Shown: piece after piece, positions 30,429 to 40,666 of the stretch
Layout of the letters: every line of letters begins with the position of its first letter
How positions within the stretch are numbered: position 1 is the first letter of the stretch
NCBI GenBank assembly: GCA_043819555.1
Contig: JBDREQ010000073.1
Location: forward strand, 224,001-288,000
DNA from: Candidatus Zixiibacteriota bacterium
GTDB lineage: Bacteria > Zixibacteria > MSB-5A5 > GN15 > JAAZOE01
Direction of reading: 5' to 3'
Length of the DNA stretch: 64,000 bases
Translations under genes and position numbers: made by a program
The notes under the pieces: model-generated
What the model was told of the DNA's origin: nothing
The model's database searches: none
Seen by the model: the letters and a program-made list of their open reading frames with translations, nothing else

Positions 30429-31724
30429 ATGATAGATGCGACAATTGATAAATTAGGTGAATTTGTCGGCCAGGAAGTCACCGTCTCCGGTTGGCTTTAC
30501 AACAAACGTTCCAGCGGAAAAATAAAGTTCCTGCTCGTGCGAGACGGCACGGGCGTTGTCCAATCGGTACTGGTCAAATCGGAACTGCCGGAAGAAATCT
30601 TTGGCCTTTATGGCGAACTTACGCAGGAAAGTTCGCTCAAAGTTACCGGATCAATTCGAGAAGAACCTCGCTCACCCGGAGGCTATGAGCTCAATGTAAC
30701 GAATATTGAAATTGTTCAGAAGGCTGATGAATATCCGATTACTAAAAAGGAACATGGCGTTGAGTTTTTGCATAATTATCGGCATTTATGGCTTCGTTCA
30801 TCGAGGCAAATCGCCATCATGCGAATTCGTAATCAAATTATCTGGGCTATTCGAGAATTCTTCAAAAAGAACGATTTTATTCTGATGGATTCTCCGATCC
30901 TGACCGGTTCAATCGGGGAAGAGGCCGGAACTCTTTTCTCGACTGATTATTTCAAACTTGGAAAAGCCTACCTGGCCCAAACTGGACAATTGTATCTTGA
31001 AGCCGGTTGTATGGCCCACCGCAATGTTTATTGCTTCGGACCAACATTTCGCGCGGAAAAATCTCTAACCCGCAGACACCTGACCGAATTCTGGATGATT
31101 GAAGCAGAAATGGCTTACTGCGATTCCGAAGGAAATATGAAAAACCAGGAAGAGATGGTAACCTATGTTGTTAAATCAGTTCTGCAAAATTGTCAAAAGG
31201 ACCTTGAAAAACTGGAACGGGATATTTCTAAACTGGAAGTAATTGATTCGCCATTTCCTCGAGTTGATTATGGTGAAGTTGTCAAGATTTTACAGGTACA
31301 TGGTTCTGCTATTAAATGGGGTGACGACCTTGGAGCTGAAGATGAAACGATCATCTCAAACATGCATGACCGCCCTGTTTTCGTAACTAATTATCCAAAA
31401 GTTGCCAAAGCATTTTATATGAAGGAAAACCCCGATAATCCGGATACAATTCTGTGCTCTGACCTTTTGGCGCCCGAAGGATACGGTGAAATTATCGGTG
31501 GTTCGCAAAGAGAAGATGATCTTGAAAAACTCCTGGCTCGAATCAGGGAGGAAAAACTGCCGGAGGAAACCTACGAATGGTATCTCGATCTGAGAAAATA
31601 CGGTTCCGTGCCTCATTCCGGTTATGGTCTTGGAGTTGAGCGCGTGATTACATGGATTTGCGGGATTCATCACATTCGTGAGACAATACCTTTCCCGCGC
31701 TTAATAACAAGGCTTTATCCTTGA
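30429..31724 (+). CDS. asnS: Asparagine--tRNA ligase
   Basis: OB-fold N-terminus, RHLWLRS, FRAEKS.TRRHLTEFW, EIIGGSQRE, YGSVPHSG.GLG.ER; start moved to the SD-preceded ATG. Confidence 0.95.
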   Translation: MIDATIDKLGEFVGQEVTVSGWLYNKRSSGKIKFLLVRDGTGVVQSVLVKSELPEEIFGLYGELTQESSLKVTGSIREEPRSPGGYELNVTNIEIVQKADEYPITKKEHGVEFLHNYRHLWLRSSRQIAIMRIRNQIIWAIREFFKKNDFILMDSPILTGSIGEEAGTLFSTDYFKLGKAYLAQTGQLYLEAGCMAHRNVYCFGPTFRAEKSLTRRHLTEFWMIEAEMAYCDSEGNMKNQEEMVTYVVKSVLQNCQKDLEKLERDISKLEVIDSPFPRVDYGEVVKILQVHGSAIKWGDDLGAEDETIISNMHDRPVFVTNYPKVAKAFYMKENPDNPDTILCSDLLAPEGYGEIIGGSQREDDLEKLLARIREEKLPEETYEWYLDLRKYGSVPHSGYGLGVERVITWICGIHHIRETIPFPRLITRLYP

Positions 31725-31740
31725 GTGGAGACTATCATAG

Positions 31741-34224
31741 ATGGACAATACGGAAAATAAATATAAATATGACTTCAAAGCCATAGAGGAAAAATGGCGC
31801 AAGAAATGGGATGAAACGGAATTATTTAAAGCTTCCGATGATCCCAAAAGGAAGTTCTATCTTCTGGTCATGTTCGCCTACCCATCCGGCGATATTCATA
31901 TGGGCCATTTTCGAAATTATACCCTCGGTGATGCCGTCGCCCGCTACAAGATGATGAACGGTTATGAAATTCTTCATCCCTTCGGTTGGGATGCCTTTGG
32001 ATTACCGGCTGAAAACGCAGCAATTAGGCGTGGCCTGCATCCTCAGGACTGGACCTTGAATAATATTGAAGTCTCGCGAGCAACTCTTAAAAAAGTAGGC
32101 ATCTCCTTTGACTGGAGTCGCGAAATAGCCTCATGCCTTCCGGATTATTACCGCTGGTCACAATGGATTTTCCTTCAACTTTTTGATCGAGGTTTAGCTT
32201 ATAGAAAGAAAGCTAAAGTCAATTGGTGCCCTGCCTGCAACACCGTCCTGGCCAATGAGCAGGTTATAAACGGCCATTGCGAACGCGATGATTCTCTAGT
32301 CGAACTGCGGGAGCTTGAACAGTGGTTTCTCAAAATCACCGATTATGCCGAGCGGCTCAATAATTCTCTGGATGATTTGTCCGGCTGGCCCGATTCGATG
32401 AAAGCAATTCAGCGAGAATGGATCGGCCGTAGCGAAGGCTGTGAAATAGATTTTATCATAGAAGGAACCGGCGAAAAATTGCCCGTATTTACTACCCGCC
32501 CGGATACTGTTTATGGCGTTACTTTTATGTCGATTGCCCCTGAGGCCGAACTGCTAAAAAGACTAAATATCCCGGAAGATCGAAAAAGTGCGGTTTCTGA
32601 CTATATTGAACAAGCCAAAAAGAAAACAGAAGTTGAACGGGCCGCCGCCGATGAAAAAGACGGTGTCTTTACCGGATGCCATGTTATAAATCCGTACAAT
32701 GGTGAAAAAGTACAGCTCTGGGTGGCCGATTATGTCCTGGCAGGATATGGCACGGGTGCTGTCATGGCGGTTTCGGCTCATGATCAGCGGGATTTTGAGT
32801 TTGCCAAAAAATATGATATCCCCATCAAAGTTGTCATTAAAACAATAGAAGGCATAGTGCTAAATCCCGAAAAGATGTCTGAAGCCTACACTGAACCTGG
32901 CGAAATGGTTAATTCTGATTTATTTGATGGGACAAGCGCTGAAAACGCCATAAAGAATACAATAAAATACGCGGAAGATATTAATATTGGCCGGGCTCAG
33001 ATTAATTTTCGCATTAGAGACTGGTTAATTTCAAGGCAAAGGTATTGGGGAACGCCCATTCCGATCATTCATTGCCAAACATGCGGACCGGTTAGAGTTC
33101 CTGACAATGTTTTGCCCGTAATTCTCCCGAAGGTCGAAAACTATTTGCCAAAAGGCCGTTCGCCGCTGGCTGATGTCGAAGAATATATAAACGTTTCCTG
33201 CCCAAAATGCGGGGGAGAGGCTCATCGTGATCCAGATACTATGGATACTTTTATCTGCTCCTCGTGGTATATGCTTCGTTATCTGGACCCCCAAAACAGT
33301 GATAGAGTTTTTGATCCGGAAAAAGCCGATAAGTGGATGCCGATAGACCAGTATATTGGCGGCGCCGAGCATGCCGTCGGCCATTTGATTTATTTCCGGT
33401 TTTTTACGAAATTCCTGAAAGATATCGGCCTTCTAAATGTCGACGAACCTGTCCTGAAATTATATAATCATGGCATGGTCAATGATGAATTTGGCGACAA
33501 AATGTCAAAAACCAAAGGAAATGTAGTCTCCCCAATCGAATTAATTGAAAACTCAGGCGGTGATATCACTCGTTTAGCGATGTTCTTTAAGGCGCCATCT
33601 AATGTACCCGTAAATTGGACCGACGATCTTATTGTAAGTATGGGAAAATTCGTTTCGGGAAGATTATTCAACATAATTAACTATTATGACTGTGACACGG
33701 AAATTGATTTAAAGTATTACTTTAAAGACAGCGATCTGTCTGTCGAAGAATTTCGCACCTATGTCCGGTTGAATCAGACTATTAAGCTGATCACTCATGA
33801 TATTGAACGGCTTCAAATTAACACCGTGGTTGCGGCCTTAATGAAATTTCTCAATGAATTCAATCCCGATAGCATAAATAATAAACTCAAAAACTACTGT
33901 ATTCTCAAACTAACACAATTAATCGCGCCGATTGCGCCGCATTTGGCCGAGGAAATGTGGGATTTAGCTGGTCGGCCATATTCAGTTTTCCAATCCGAAT
34001 GGCCTCGATACGACGAAAACGCGATAGTAGCCGATACTATTACGATTGCTGTTCAGGTTAATGGTAAACTGCGAGGTAAGATTGAAGTCGCTGCCGATGC
34101 CGATCCAGGGGCTATACTCATAGAAGCGAAACAGGCTGAGCGGGTAAAGATCCATCTAGAAAACAAGAAAATCTTAAAAGAAATATATGTCAAAGGTCGA
34201 CTGGTCAACTTTGTGGTAAAATAG
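31741..34224 (+). CDS. leuS: Leucine--tRNA ligase
   Basis: YPSG.IHMGH, GWDAFGLPAENAA, FTTRPDT editing domain, ISRQRYWG, KMSKT, QVNGKLR. Confidence 0.98.
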   Translation: MDNTENKYKYDFKAIEEKWRKKWDETELFKASDDPKRKFYLLVMFAYPSGDIHMGHFRNYTLGDAVARYKMMNGYEILHPFGWDAFGLPAENAAIRRGLHPQDWTLNNIEVSRATLKKVGISFDWSREIASCLPDYYRWSQWIFLQLFDRGLAYRKKAKVNWCPACNTVLANEQVINGHCERDDSLVELRELEQWFLKITDYAERLNNSLDDLSGWPDSMKAIQREWIGRSEGCEIDFIIEGTGEKLPVFTTRPDTVYGVTFMSIAPEAELLKRLNIPEDRKSAVSDYIEQAKKKTEVERAAADEKDGVFTGCHVINPYNGEKVQLWVADYVLAGYGTGAVMAVSAHDQRDFEFAKKYDIPIKVVIKTIEGIVLNPEKMSEAYTEPGEMVNSDLFDGTSAENAIKNTIKYAEDINIGRAQINFRIRDWLISRQRYWGTPIPIIHCQTCGPVRVPDNVLPVILPKVENYLPKGRSPLADVEEYINVSCPKCGGEAHRDPDTMDTFICSSWYMLRYLDPQNSDRVFDPEKADKWMPIDQYIGGAEHAVGHLIYFRFFTKFLKDIGLLNVDEPVLKLYNHGMVNDEFGDKMSKTKGNVVSPIELIENSGGDITRLAMFFKAPSNVPVNWTDDLIVSMGKFVSGRLFNIINYYDCDTEIDLKYYFKDSDLSVEEFRTYVRLNQTIKLITHDIERLQINTVVAALMKFLNEFNPDSINNKLKNYCILKLTQLIAPIAPHLAEEMWDLAGRPYSVFQSEWPRYDENAIVADTITIAVQVNGKLRGKIEVAADADPGAILIEAKQAERVKIHLENKKILKEIYVKGRLVNFVVK

Positions 34225-34305
34225 TACTCTAATTTGGTCAAATAGGGCTCGAATAGATTAATTAAATACCTGAGTCTTTTTAAAAAGTAGAATTAGATTA
34301 TATTA

Positions 34306-34333
34306 AGTAGACATAATGTATCTTATGGGACGT
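34306..34333 (-). other. dif-like XerC/XerD chromosome dimer resolution site
   Basis: Minus strand reads ACGTCCCATAA-GATACA-TTATGTCTACT, the 11-6-11 dif layout with CATAA/TTATG cores (E. coli dif is GGTGCGCATAA-TGTATA-TTATGTTAAAT). It lies in an AT-rich gap between convergent leuS and pabB. Confidence 0.8.
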
Positions 34334-34381
34334 TATGAGAATAATCTATATTAGTGTTTTTTCGTCCGTAAGCTCTTTTCA

Positions 34382-35650
34382 CTATTTACCGAATATCTTG
34401 AAGAATTTGTCTGCCTTGGCGACAGTTTCCAAATACTCACTTTCCGGATTGGAATCGACAACGATACCACTTCCGGCATAGAAATTAAACACGGATTTGG
34501 GTTTATCATAATACCCTATTCTGATGCCAACCGATGATTCTATGTTCTTTTCATCATAAATGACAAACATACTGCCGCAGTAAATGTCTCTGGAATGAGG
34601 TTCCAATTCATCTATCAATTCCATTGCCATTTTCTTAGGACATCCGGTAATCGAACCTCCCGGAAAAGCATCGCAAAGCAAATCAATGACGGAAGCCTCT
34701 TCCCCTAATTTCCCCCTGACATCTGAATACATTTGAATCAATTTATCTACTACGAAAGTCGATTTATGGTTCTCAACAGCGACCGATCCATAATCGCAAT
34801 TCAAAGAGATATCATTTCGTACCATATCGACGATCATAGAAAGCTCTGCGCTTTCTTTCGGCGATTCAATTAATTGTCGAATCATGGTTTTATCAAACTT
34901 ATCAAACGCCAGAGTGCCTTTTATTGGCTGCGACAAAACTTGTCCGTCTCGGACTCGCAAAAACCTCTCTGGCGAGGTCGAAAGAATATGATAATCGCCG
35001 CTCTCAAATAATGAATAAAAAGATGCAGGATAATCAGTCCATGCTTTTCGGAATAAATCCGGAATAATAAGCCTTCCACAGGCGATTGAATACTTAATAG
35101 TCAAGTTTAACTGGTAGACATAACCGTCTCTAATATAGTCAATTACACGCTTGACGCCATCTTCATACTCATCTTTTGACAAACTTGATGTAATCTGAGG
35201 TTGCTCTAATCCCGAATTGATACGTTTTCCTTCATTGGAATCATAGGTTCCAATAGAAGCCAGATATGTTTTTAATTCTGACTCATCAATTCCTCGACAA
35301 GTCATCTTCTCCCCATAAAAACTAATAACCGCATCATATTTCTTCAAATGACCCAGAGGAAAACTGGATTTCTTTGTAATATGAACATCCCTGAATATCT
35401 GCCCCAGCTGATAACTAAAAAAACCAAACGTGATATTTTTATCTGAAAAACAGAAAGTCTCGATATCGGTTTTACAGGTATTTTTATCAATAATCAGTTC
35501 CCGACAGGGATTAAGACAGATATAACCTGGCCCATATCCCGGATAGCCTGAGCTGGAATAGAATAAATCCGCCCCCTTCTCCCGGGACAGGAAAATTCCC
35601 AAATTACTAAACTGTCGCGGTGTGATGTTTATTGAAGAATTTGAACGCAT
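34382..35650 (-). CDS. pabB: Aminodeoxychorismate synthase component I (chorismate-binding)
   Basis: SPERFL, PIKGT (Lys form typical of PabB, versus PIAGT in TrpE), KE.AEL.MIVD..RND, FPGGSITG.PK. Confidence 0.8.
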   Translation of the reverse strand: MRSNSSINITPRQFSNLGIFLSREKGADLFYSSSGYPGYGPGYICLNPCRELIIDKNTCKTDIETFCFSDKNITFGFFSYQLGQIFRDVHITKKSSFPLGHLKKYDAVISFYGEKMTCRGIDESELKTYLASIGTYDSNEGKRINSGLEQPQITSSLSKDEYEDGVKRVIDYIRDGYVYQLNLTIKYSIACGRLIIPDLFRKAWTDYPASFYSLFESGDYHILSTSPERFLRVRDGQVLSQPIKGTLAFDKFDKTMIRQLIESPKESAELSMIVDMVRNDISLNCDYGSVAVENHKSTFVVDKLIQMYSDVRGKLGEEASVIDLLCDAFPGGSITGCPKKMAMELIDELEPHSRDIYCGSMFVIYDEKNIESSVGIRIGYYDKPKSVFNFYAGSGIVVDSNPESEYLETVAKADKFFKIFGK

Positions 35651-36161
35651 AATCTATAAAATAGACGCCATTAGTGGTTAAAAACGACTCGGGATGAAAC
35701 TGATAACCGATTATTGGCAGATCTTTATGTCTGATCCCCAAAGGAACGCCGTTGGAGTTTTCGCATATTACCTCAAAACATTTCGTGAGTCTTTTTATAT
35801 AAAGTGAATGATACCTGGCAACTTCAAACTCCTGACTATCAAACATGATTTTTTCGGCCCGCCCATGGATGCATCCTGCCAGCCGCCCCACTTCGCCGCC
35901 GAAATATTCAGCCATAATCTGCATTCCCAGACATATTCCCAGAACTGGAACACCGGATTGCATTAGTATCCTATAATAAGGATAATCAGACGGTCTCCCC
36001 GGTCCCGGCGAAATAACGACTAAATCATAAATATTAAAATCACAATTAGTAATCCGGGAATAAGGTAAAATATCGGGCTTTATCCCGGTAAATCCGGCGA
36101 TCAGATGTTCCAAATTTGCCGTAAAACTATCGTTATTGTCAATAATTAAGATCTTTTTCAC
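35607..36161 (-). CDS. pabA: Class I glutamine amidotransferase, PabA/TrpG type
   Basis: IDN.DSFT.NL, SPGPG, GICLG, RYHSL, QFHPES; adjacent to the PabB-type gene. Confidence 0.82.
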   Translation of the reverse strand: MKKILIIDNNDSFTANLEHLIAGFTGIKPDILPYSRITNCDFNIYDLVVISPGPGRPSDYPYYRILMQSGVPVLGICLGMQIMAEYFGGEVGRLAGCIHGRAEKIMFDSQEFEVARYHSLYIKRLTKCFEVICENSNGVPLGIRHKDLPIIGYQFHPESFLTTNGVYFIDYAFKFFNKHHTATV

Positions 36162-36262
36162 GGGCCGAATATAACAGGAGAACCAGCAGCTGAAAAGGAC
36201 TTTTAAAATATTTTAGCGCAAGAATGAATAAATAAATATCGGATTACTGAGATAAAAGAGCT

Positions 36263-36694
36263 CTAAAACCGATTCTTAAAATCATCCTGGCCGAATCGTT
36301 TGCCCTCGATTTTATTCAATCTATCCTCAAGAGTTTTAACAGCGTCGGCCAGCCCGCTGTCGGAACCTAATGGGATTTCATGGTCCATCAATACAGTCAA
36401 ATCCAGAATCGATTTCTGCAATTGATCCATCCGGCGCGTAACGGAATTGATCGTTCCCATGATCTCTTCGAGTTTGATATCGAGATTCGTTACCGATTTT
36501 TTCAAATCACTTTGGATTTCTTCGGCTTCCTTCAACACCCTTTTAATCTCAGTAATCGATTGCGAGCTGTCGATATGCCTTTCCGTTAAATTATCGAGCC
36601 GGGATTTAATATTTGGCAAACTTTCATCAAGAATTGACCCAATGGCATCAATGCCGTCAACCAGCTCATCGACCGGCGATTTGCTGCGCCCCAT
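36263..36694 (-). CDS. Hypothetical coiled-coil protein
   Basis: Heptad-patterned helical sequence; GGAGG 7 nt before ATG 36694; start overlaps the end of the upstream peptidase gene. Confidence 0.65.
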   Translation of the reverse strand: MGRSKSPVDELVDGIDAIGSILDESLPNIKSRLDNLTERHIDSSQSITEIKRVLKEAEEIQSDLKKSVTNLDIKLEEIMGTINSVTRRMDQLQKSILDLTVLMDHEIPLGSDSGLADAVKTLEDRLNKIEGKRFGQDDFKNRF

Positions 36695-37607
36695 TTTCAT
36701 ACCTCCCGGCCCGCTTGAAGCCAAAAAACGCCAGCTTTCGAGCCACGTCAAATCTTATATTATTGGTGGGTGAACCCAAAACAACAACCGTTATCTCTCT
36801 CCCCTGTTTATCCTTCATAACTGTCGCAAGACAATAATCGGATTCAATAATAAATCCGGTTTTACCCGCCTCTACTTTCCAGCGGGATCGAACCAGCCGA
36901 TTGGTGTTTATAAAATTCTTATATCGATTTTTATTCTTTGGCTTACAGCGATAAGTATACCTCGAAGTTGCCGCTTTTATTTCCGGATATTCCATGGATT
37001 TCTGAATCAATAGCGCCATATCTGCACTGGTCGAAACATTCCGTTCATCAAGTCCGGTAACTTCATATAATTTCGTATCCCGCATTCCAATTTCAAGCGC
37101 TTTTTCATTCATTTTCTCAATAAATTTCAGGCGCGGTATTCCCGAGGCGGTCGCGATGGCCCGAGCCGCGCGGTTATCAGATGCCATCAAAGCGGCATAG
37201 AGCAAATCCCGGGCGGCATAAGCTTCCCCTTTGTATATATGCGACTTGGCTGATTTATAACAGTCTCTGCCGGAAATATAAACGACCGAATCCAAATCAG
37301 ATTTTATATCAAGATAAACCAAAGCAGTAAGAAGCTTAGTCAATGAAGCAATCGGGCGCACCTCCATCGGATTTTTCGAATAAATCCAGGCTCCGGATTT
37401 ATTATCGACGATAAGAGCAGAACGGGCGTTCAACGATAAGCCGCGTGTGTTGCACATGGGAATATTACTATCATCTGCTTGAACGAGAGGAAAATTAAAA
37501 GCGATCTCTTCCGGCTCAATTTTGTCTTTGTCTCCGTACACCGTTATATAAACGAGCGACAAAAACAGGGTCATAGCGCCGTAAAGTATGAGCCGCCTTT
37601 TTATCAT
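36666..37607 (-). CDS. D-alanyl-D-alanine endo/carboxypeptidase, S11 family (PBP7/PbpG-like)
   Basis: Signal peptide; RPIASLTKL (SxxK), SDN (SxN), KTG. Confidence 0.9.
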   Translation of the reverse strand: MIKRRLILYGAMTLFLSLVYITVYGDKDKIEPEEIAFNFPLVQADDSNIPMCNTRGLSLNARSALIVDNKSGAWIYSKNPMEVRPIASLTKLLTALVYLDIKSDLDSVVYISGRDCYKSAKSHIYKGEAYAARDLLYAALMASDNRAARAIATASGIPRLKFIEKMNEKALEIGMRDTKLYEVTGLDERNVSTSADMALLIQKSMEYPEIKAATSRYTYRCKPKNKNRYKNFINTNRLVRSRWKVEAGKTGFIIESDYCLATVMKDKQGREITVVVLGSPTNNIRFDVARKLAFFGFKRAGRYENGAQQIAGR

Positions 37608-38920
37608 CTGTATTTAATCCATTTCAATATTTCAGGAAGCGTTGCTCTTTTACCGTATATCAAAATCCCAACGCGAAATATCCGGGCCGCAACCCATATC
37701 AATCCAATTGTAAATAATACCGATGTCAGCACTCCCAGACAGGCTTCGATTACAATCGGATCGGCAAACGAGAAACTCTCCGGAGCCATGATGTTGATGC
37801 GCGCCACCATCATTGTTGGCGTCAGAAGAGGAATAAACGACAGGACAACACTCAGAGTTGAATCTGGCTGTTGAACCATATACATCAACAAAAGAATTGG
37901 CAGCATCAGTGATATCGTGATGGGAAAAATGAAATTCTGCGCTTCTTTATCGGTGTTACAGATAGAACCAATAAGCGCGAAAATCGTCGAATACATTACA
38001 TAGGCTATTACCATATACAGCACAAAAAACACGATGATAACCGGATTAAAAATGATATCCTCAATATGAGCCGGAATATCAAAAGCTCCCCTGAAAACAA
38101 AGATACCAGCGCCAATACAAACCCAAACTGCCACCTGAGTCAAATTAGCCGCTCCCAGCCCAAGGACTTTACCCATCATAAGCTGAAAAGGTGATACTGA
38201 TGATACCAAAACCTCAACAATTCGGGAATTTTTCTCATCAATAATCGAGCGCATGAGTATTTGACCAAACCCCATAACCGAAGTAAATACAATCAATATA
38301 AAAATCAAGGCTCCAAAATAAACAGATAGAAAATCGCGGGTTTTTCCGCCCGGCGCCTTTTGAATCATATCAATTCGCCGCGTCAGCGACAGGATATTTT
38401 CCACATCGGCCTCAATATTACTTTCCTCAAGACGTTTTTCGGTCAAGATATTGGATATAATGCGATCAAATCGTCGTGCAATCAGAAATCCCATCGATTT
38501 GGAAACCATCAGAACAGAATCAGTTTTTTCAGCATCAGGCATTATTACGACATAGCGGTCCAACTCTTTATCAAGAACGAGACTATCCAAATAAGCTCTC
38601 AGTGAATCAACAACGTTCATATTGTTCGAATTGATACTATACAGTTGGTAGAGCGAATACGCAGATTGCGTCGAATCATTATCCAGTTTGAATTCCGTAA
38701 TACTATCAGCAAACCTTCGACCGATTTGACTCTCGCTCATATCAATAATTGCGAATTTATCCTGCTCTTGAGATACACTACTTGTAGCAAAAACAGCAGG
38801 TAAGACCGTAAACGCTACCATGATAATGGGAGTCAAAAATATGCCGATAATGAAAGATTTTTTCTTGACGACCTGAGAATATTCCACGTTGAAGACTGTA
38901 CGAAATTTATTCATGCCCAA
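37604..38920 (-). CDS. ABC-2 type exporter permease (NatB/YhaP-like)
   Basis: One TM, large periplasmic loop, then five TMs; EKNSRIVEVLVSS...LMMGKVLG motif. Confidence 0.88.
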   Translation of the reverse strand: MGMNKFRTVFNVEYSQVVKKKSFIIGIFLTPIIMVAFTVLPAVFATSSVSQEQDKFAIIDMSESQIGRRFADSITEFKLDNDSTQSAYSLYQLYSINSNNMNVVDSLRAYLDSLVLDKELDRYVVIMPDAEKTDSVLMVSKSMGFLIARRFDRIISNILTEKRLEESNIEADVENILSLTRRIDMIQKAPGGKTRDFLSVYFGALIFILIVFTSVMGFGQILMRSIIDEKNSRIVEVLVSSVSPFQLMMGKVLGLGAANLTQVAVWVCIGAGIFVFRGAFDIPAHIEDIIFNPVIIVFFVLYMVIAYVMYSTIFALIGSICNTDKEAQNFIFPITISLMLPILLLMYMVQQPDSTLSVVLSFIPLLTPTMMVARINIMAPESFSFADPIVIEACLGVLTSVLFTIGLIWVAARIFRVGILIYGKRATLPEILKWIKYR

Positions 38921-39854
38921 TACTTCCCGGAGATGATGATTTAGCTTCAGGCAATTTAATATTACCGGCTTTAGCTATGAAAATATTGTAAAGTGAAGGT
39001 TCAACTTTTTCAAATCGATTTACGATTGCTCGGTCGGAAATATTTTTTAATAGCCTATTGCTGTCAGTTTCGGGCTTAAGGTCAAGCTCATAATATTTAT
39101 TGAACTTCGTTATCTTTTCTATATCCTCCAGCTGTTCAAGAAATCCGCCATCGCCTTCAATATCAAGATAAATGCTATTTTTGCCAAAGCTCCTTTTTAT
39201 CTCGCTCATCGAACCATCCATAACTTTTTTGCCGGAATTAATCATGCATATATAGTCGCATAACTTTTCGGCTTGCTCCATAACATGAGTAGAAAACAGA
39301 ATTGTCCTTCCGTCCTTTTTCAATTCCAGCAATACATTCTTAATTAGTTCGATATTGAGAGGGTCTAAGCCTGAAAACAATTCATCAAGGATAATCAATT
39401 CCGGTTCGTGAATCAATGTCGTGATAAACTGCAATTTCTGCTGCATCCCCTTGGATAATTCCTCAACCTTCTTATTCTTATAATCCAAAAGATTCATCCG
39501 TTTAAACCAGGTATCCATGTTATTTAAAATATCTTTTCGATGAACATTTTTCAATTGTCCCAGATATAGGACTATTTCGCGCAGAGTCATTTTCCTGTAA
39601 AGGCCGCGCTCTTCGGGTAAATACCCAATTCTATCCTGGCTTTTTTCATTTGAAGCTTGGTCGTCAATTATGATTTCCCCGGAATCCGGAATGATGATAT
39701 TCATTATCATGCGAATGGTTGTTGTTTTTCCGGCGCCATTGGGGCCGATAATACCGTAAATACATCCCCGGGGGACAGAGAGCTCAAGCTTGTCTACAGC
39801 TATTTTATCGCCATAGCGCTTAGAAATACCTTTTATTTGCAAATAATCGTTCAT
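38907..39854 (-). CDS. ABC transporter ATP-binding protein (NatA/YhaQ-like)
   Basis: GPNGAGKTT, GYLPEERGLY, LSKGMQQK, ILDE, STH. Confidence 0.93.
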   Translation of the reverse strand: MNDYLQIKGISKRYGDKIAVDKLELSVPRGCIYGIIGPNGAGKTTTIRMIMNIIIPDSGEIIIDDQASNEKSQDRIGYLPEERGLYRKMTLREIVLYLGQLKNVHRKDILNNMDTWFKRMNLLDYKNKKVEELSKGMQQKLQFITTLIHEPELIILDELFSGLDPLNIELIKNVLLELKKDGRTILFSTHVMEQAEKLCDYICMINSGKKVMDGSMSEIKRSFGKNSIYLDIEGDGGFLEQLEDIEKITKFNKYYELDLKPETDSNRLLKNISDRAIVNRFEKVEPSLYNIFIAKAGNIKLPEAKSSSPGSIGHE

Positions 39855-39898
39855 GGGTCGTTAATTTATTTCTATATCTGTATATCTGTCAACAAAAA

Positions 39899-40666
39899 CT
39901 ACAAATCCAGATACTGCATCATCTGTCGGGCGTTTTTGACCGCCTGCCCCAGATGACAATTATTGAAAAAAATAAACGCCTTTTGTACGTTCGATTTTAC
40001 ATTCTCCAGTTTCTCTTTCCACTCGCGCAGTTCATTTTTGTTATAAAGATAGTCATACCGGAGCGGTCCGCCATCCCACCACTCCTTCGCATTACGACCA
40101 TGCAGACGAATATAGGCCGAATCGGTTGTCGTTATCAATCGCGGCGGCAACAATCCCTGCAGTCGCGGCCCATCTACCGAGACAAAATGAGTTTCATCTT
40201 TACTCAATAGCTCCACCATTTCTTTCCGTAACCAGCTATCATGTCTGAATTCTATATAAAGTGGATATGGCCGCATCAAATCCCGGCAGGTATGAAGATA
40301 GCCGAGATTATTTTGAGTGTACTTAAAAGACCATGGGAATTGTGCCAGGATGCCTTTAAGCTGGCCTCGGTCGGCAATTGGCCTAACAGATTCTAAAAAC
40401 TGTATGGCCGGTTTTTCGAAATCCTGTCTTTCATGGGTTAGATTTTTATTGGCTTTGACAATAAACTCAAAATCCGGTTTAGTTTTCTTGACAATATTGT
40501 ACATAACCACCGGATGCGGTATGCGATAATAAGTCGAATTAATCTCAACCGTGTTAAAATACGCTTGATAATGATCAAGCATCTTTCCCTTTTGAATTTG
40601 TCCCGGATAAAAATTCCCGCGCCAATCCTCAAAACTATAACCTGATGTGCCAATCCTGATATTCAT
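39899..40666 (-). CDS. DUF72 (YecE-like) protein
   Basis: IGTSGYSF.DW...FYP, VEINSTYY, EFRH.SW, YIRLHGRN, YDYLY, FFNN. Confidence 0.92.
   Translation of the reverse strand: MNIRIGTSGYSFEDWRGNFYPGQIQKGKMLDHYQAYFNTVEINSTYYRIPHPVVMYNIVKKTKPDFEFIVKANKNLTHERQDFEKPAIQFLESVRPIADRGQLKGILAQFPWSFKYTQNNLGYLHTCRDLMRPYPLYIEFRHDSWLRKEMVELLSKDETHFVSVDGPRLQGLLPPRLITTTDSAYIRLHGRNAKEWWDGGPLRYDYLYNKNELREWKEKLENVKSNVQKAFIFFNNCHLGQAVKNARQMMQYLDL

Noticed and set aside
33499..33513. KMSKT instead of KMSKS in LeuRS
   Set aside because: A conservative variant; all other motifs are intact.
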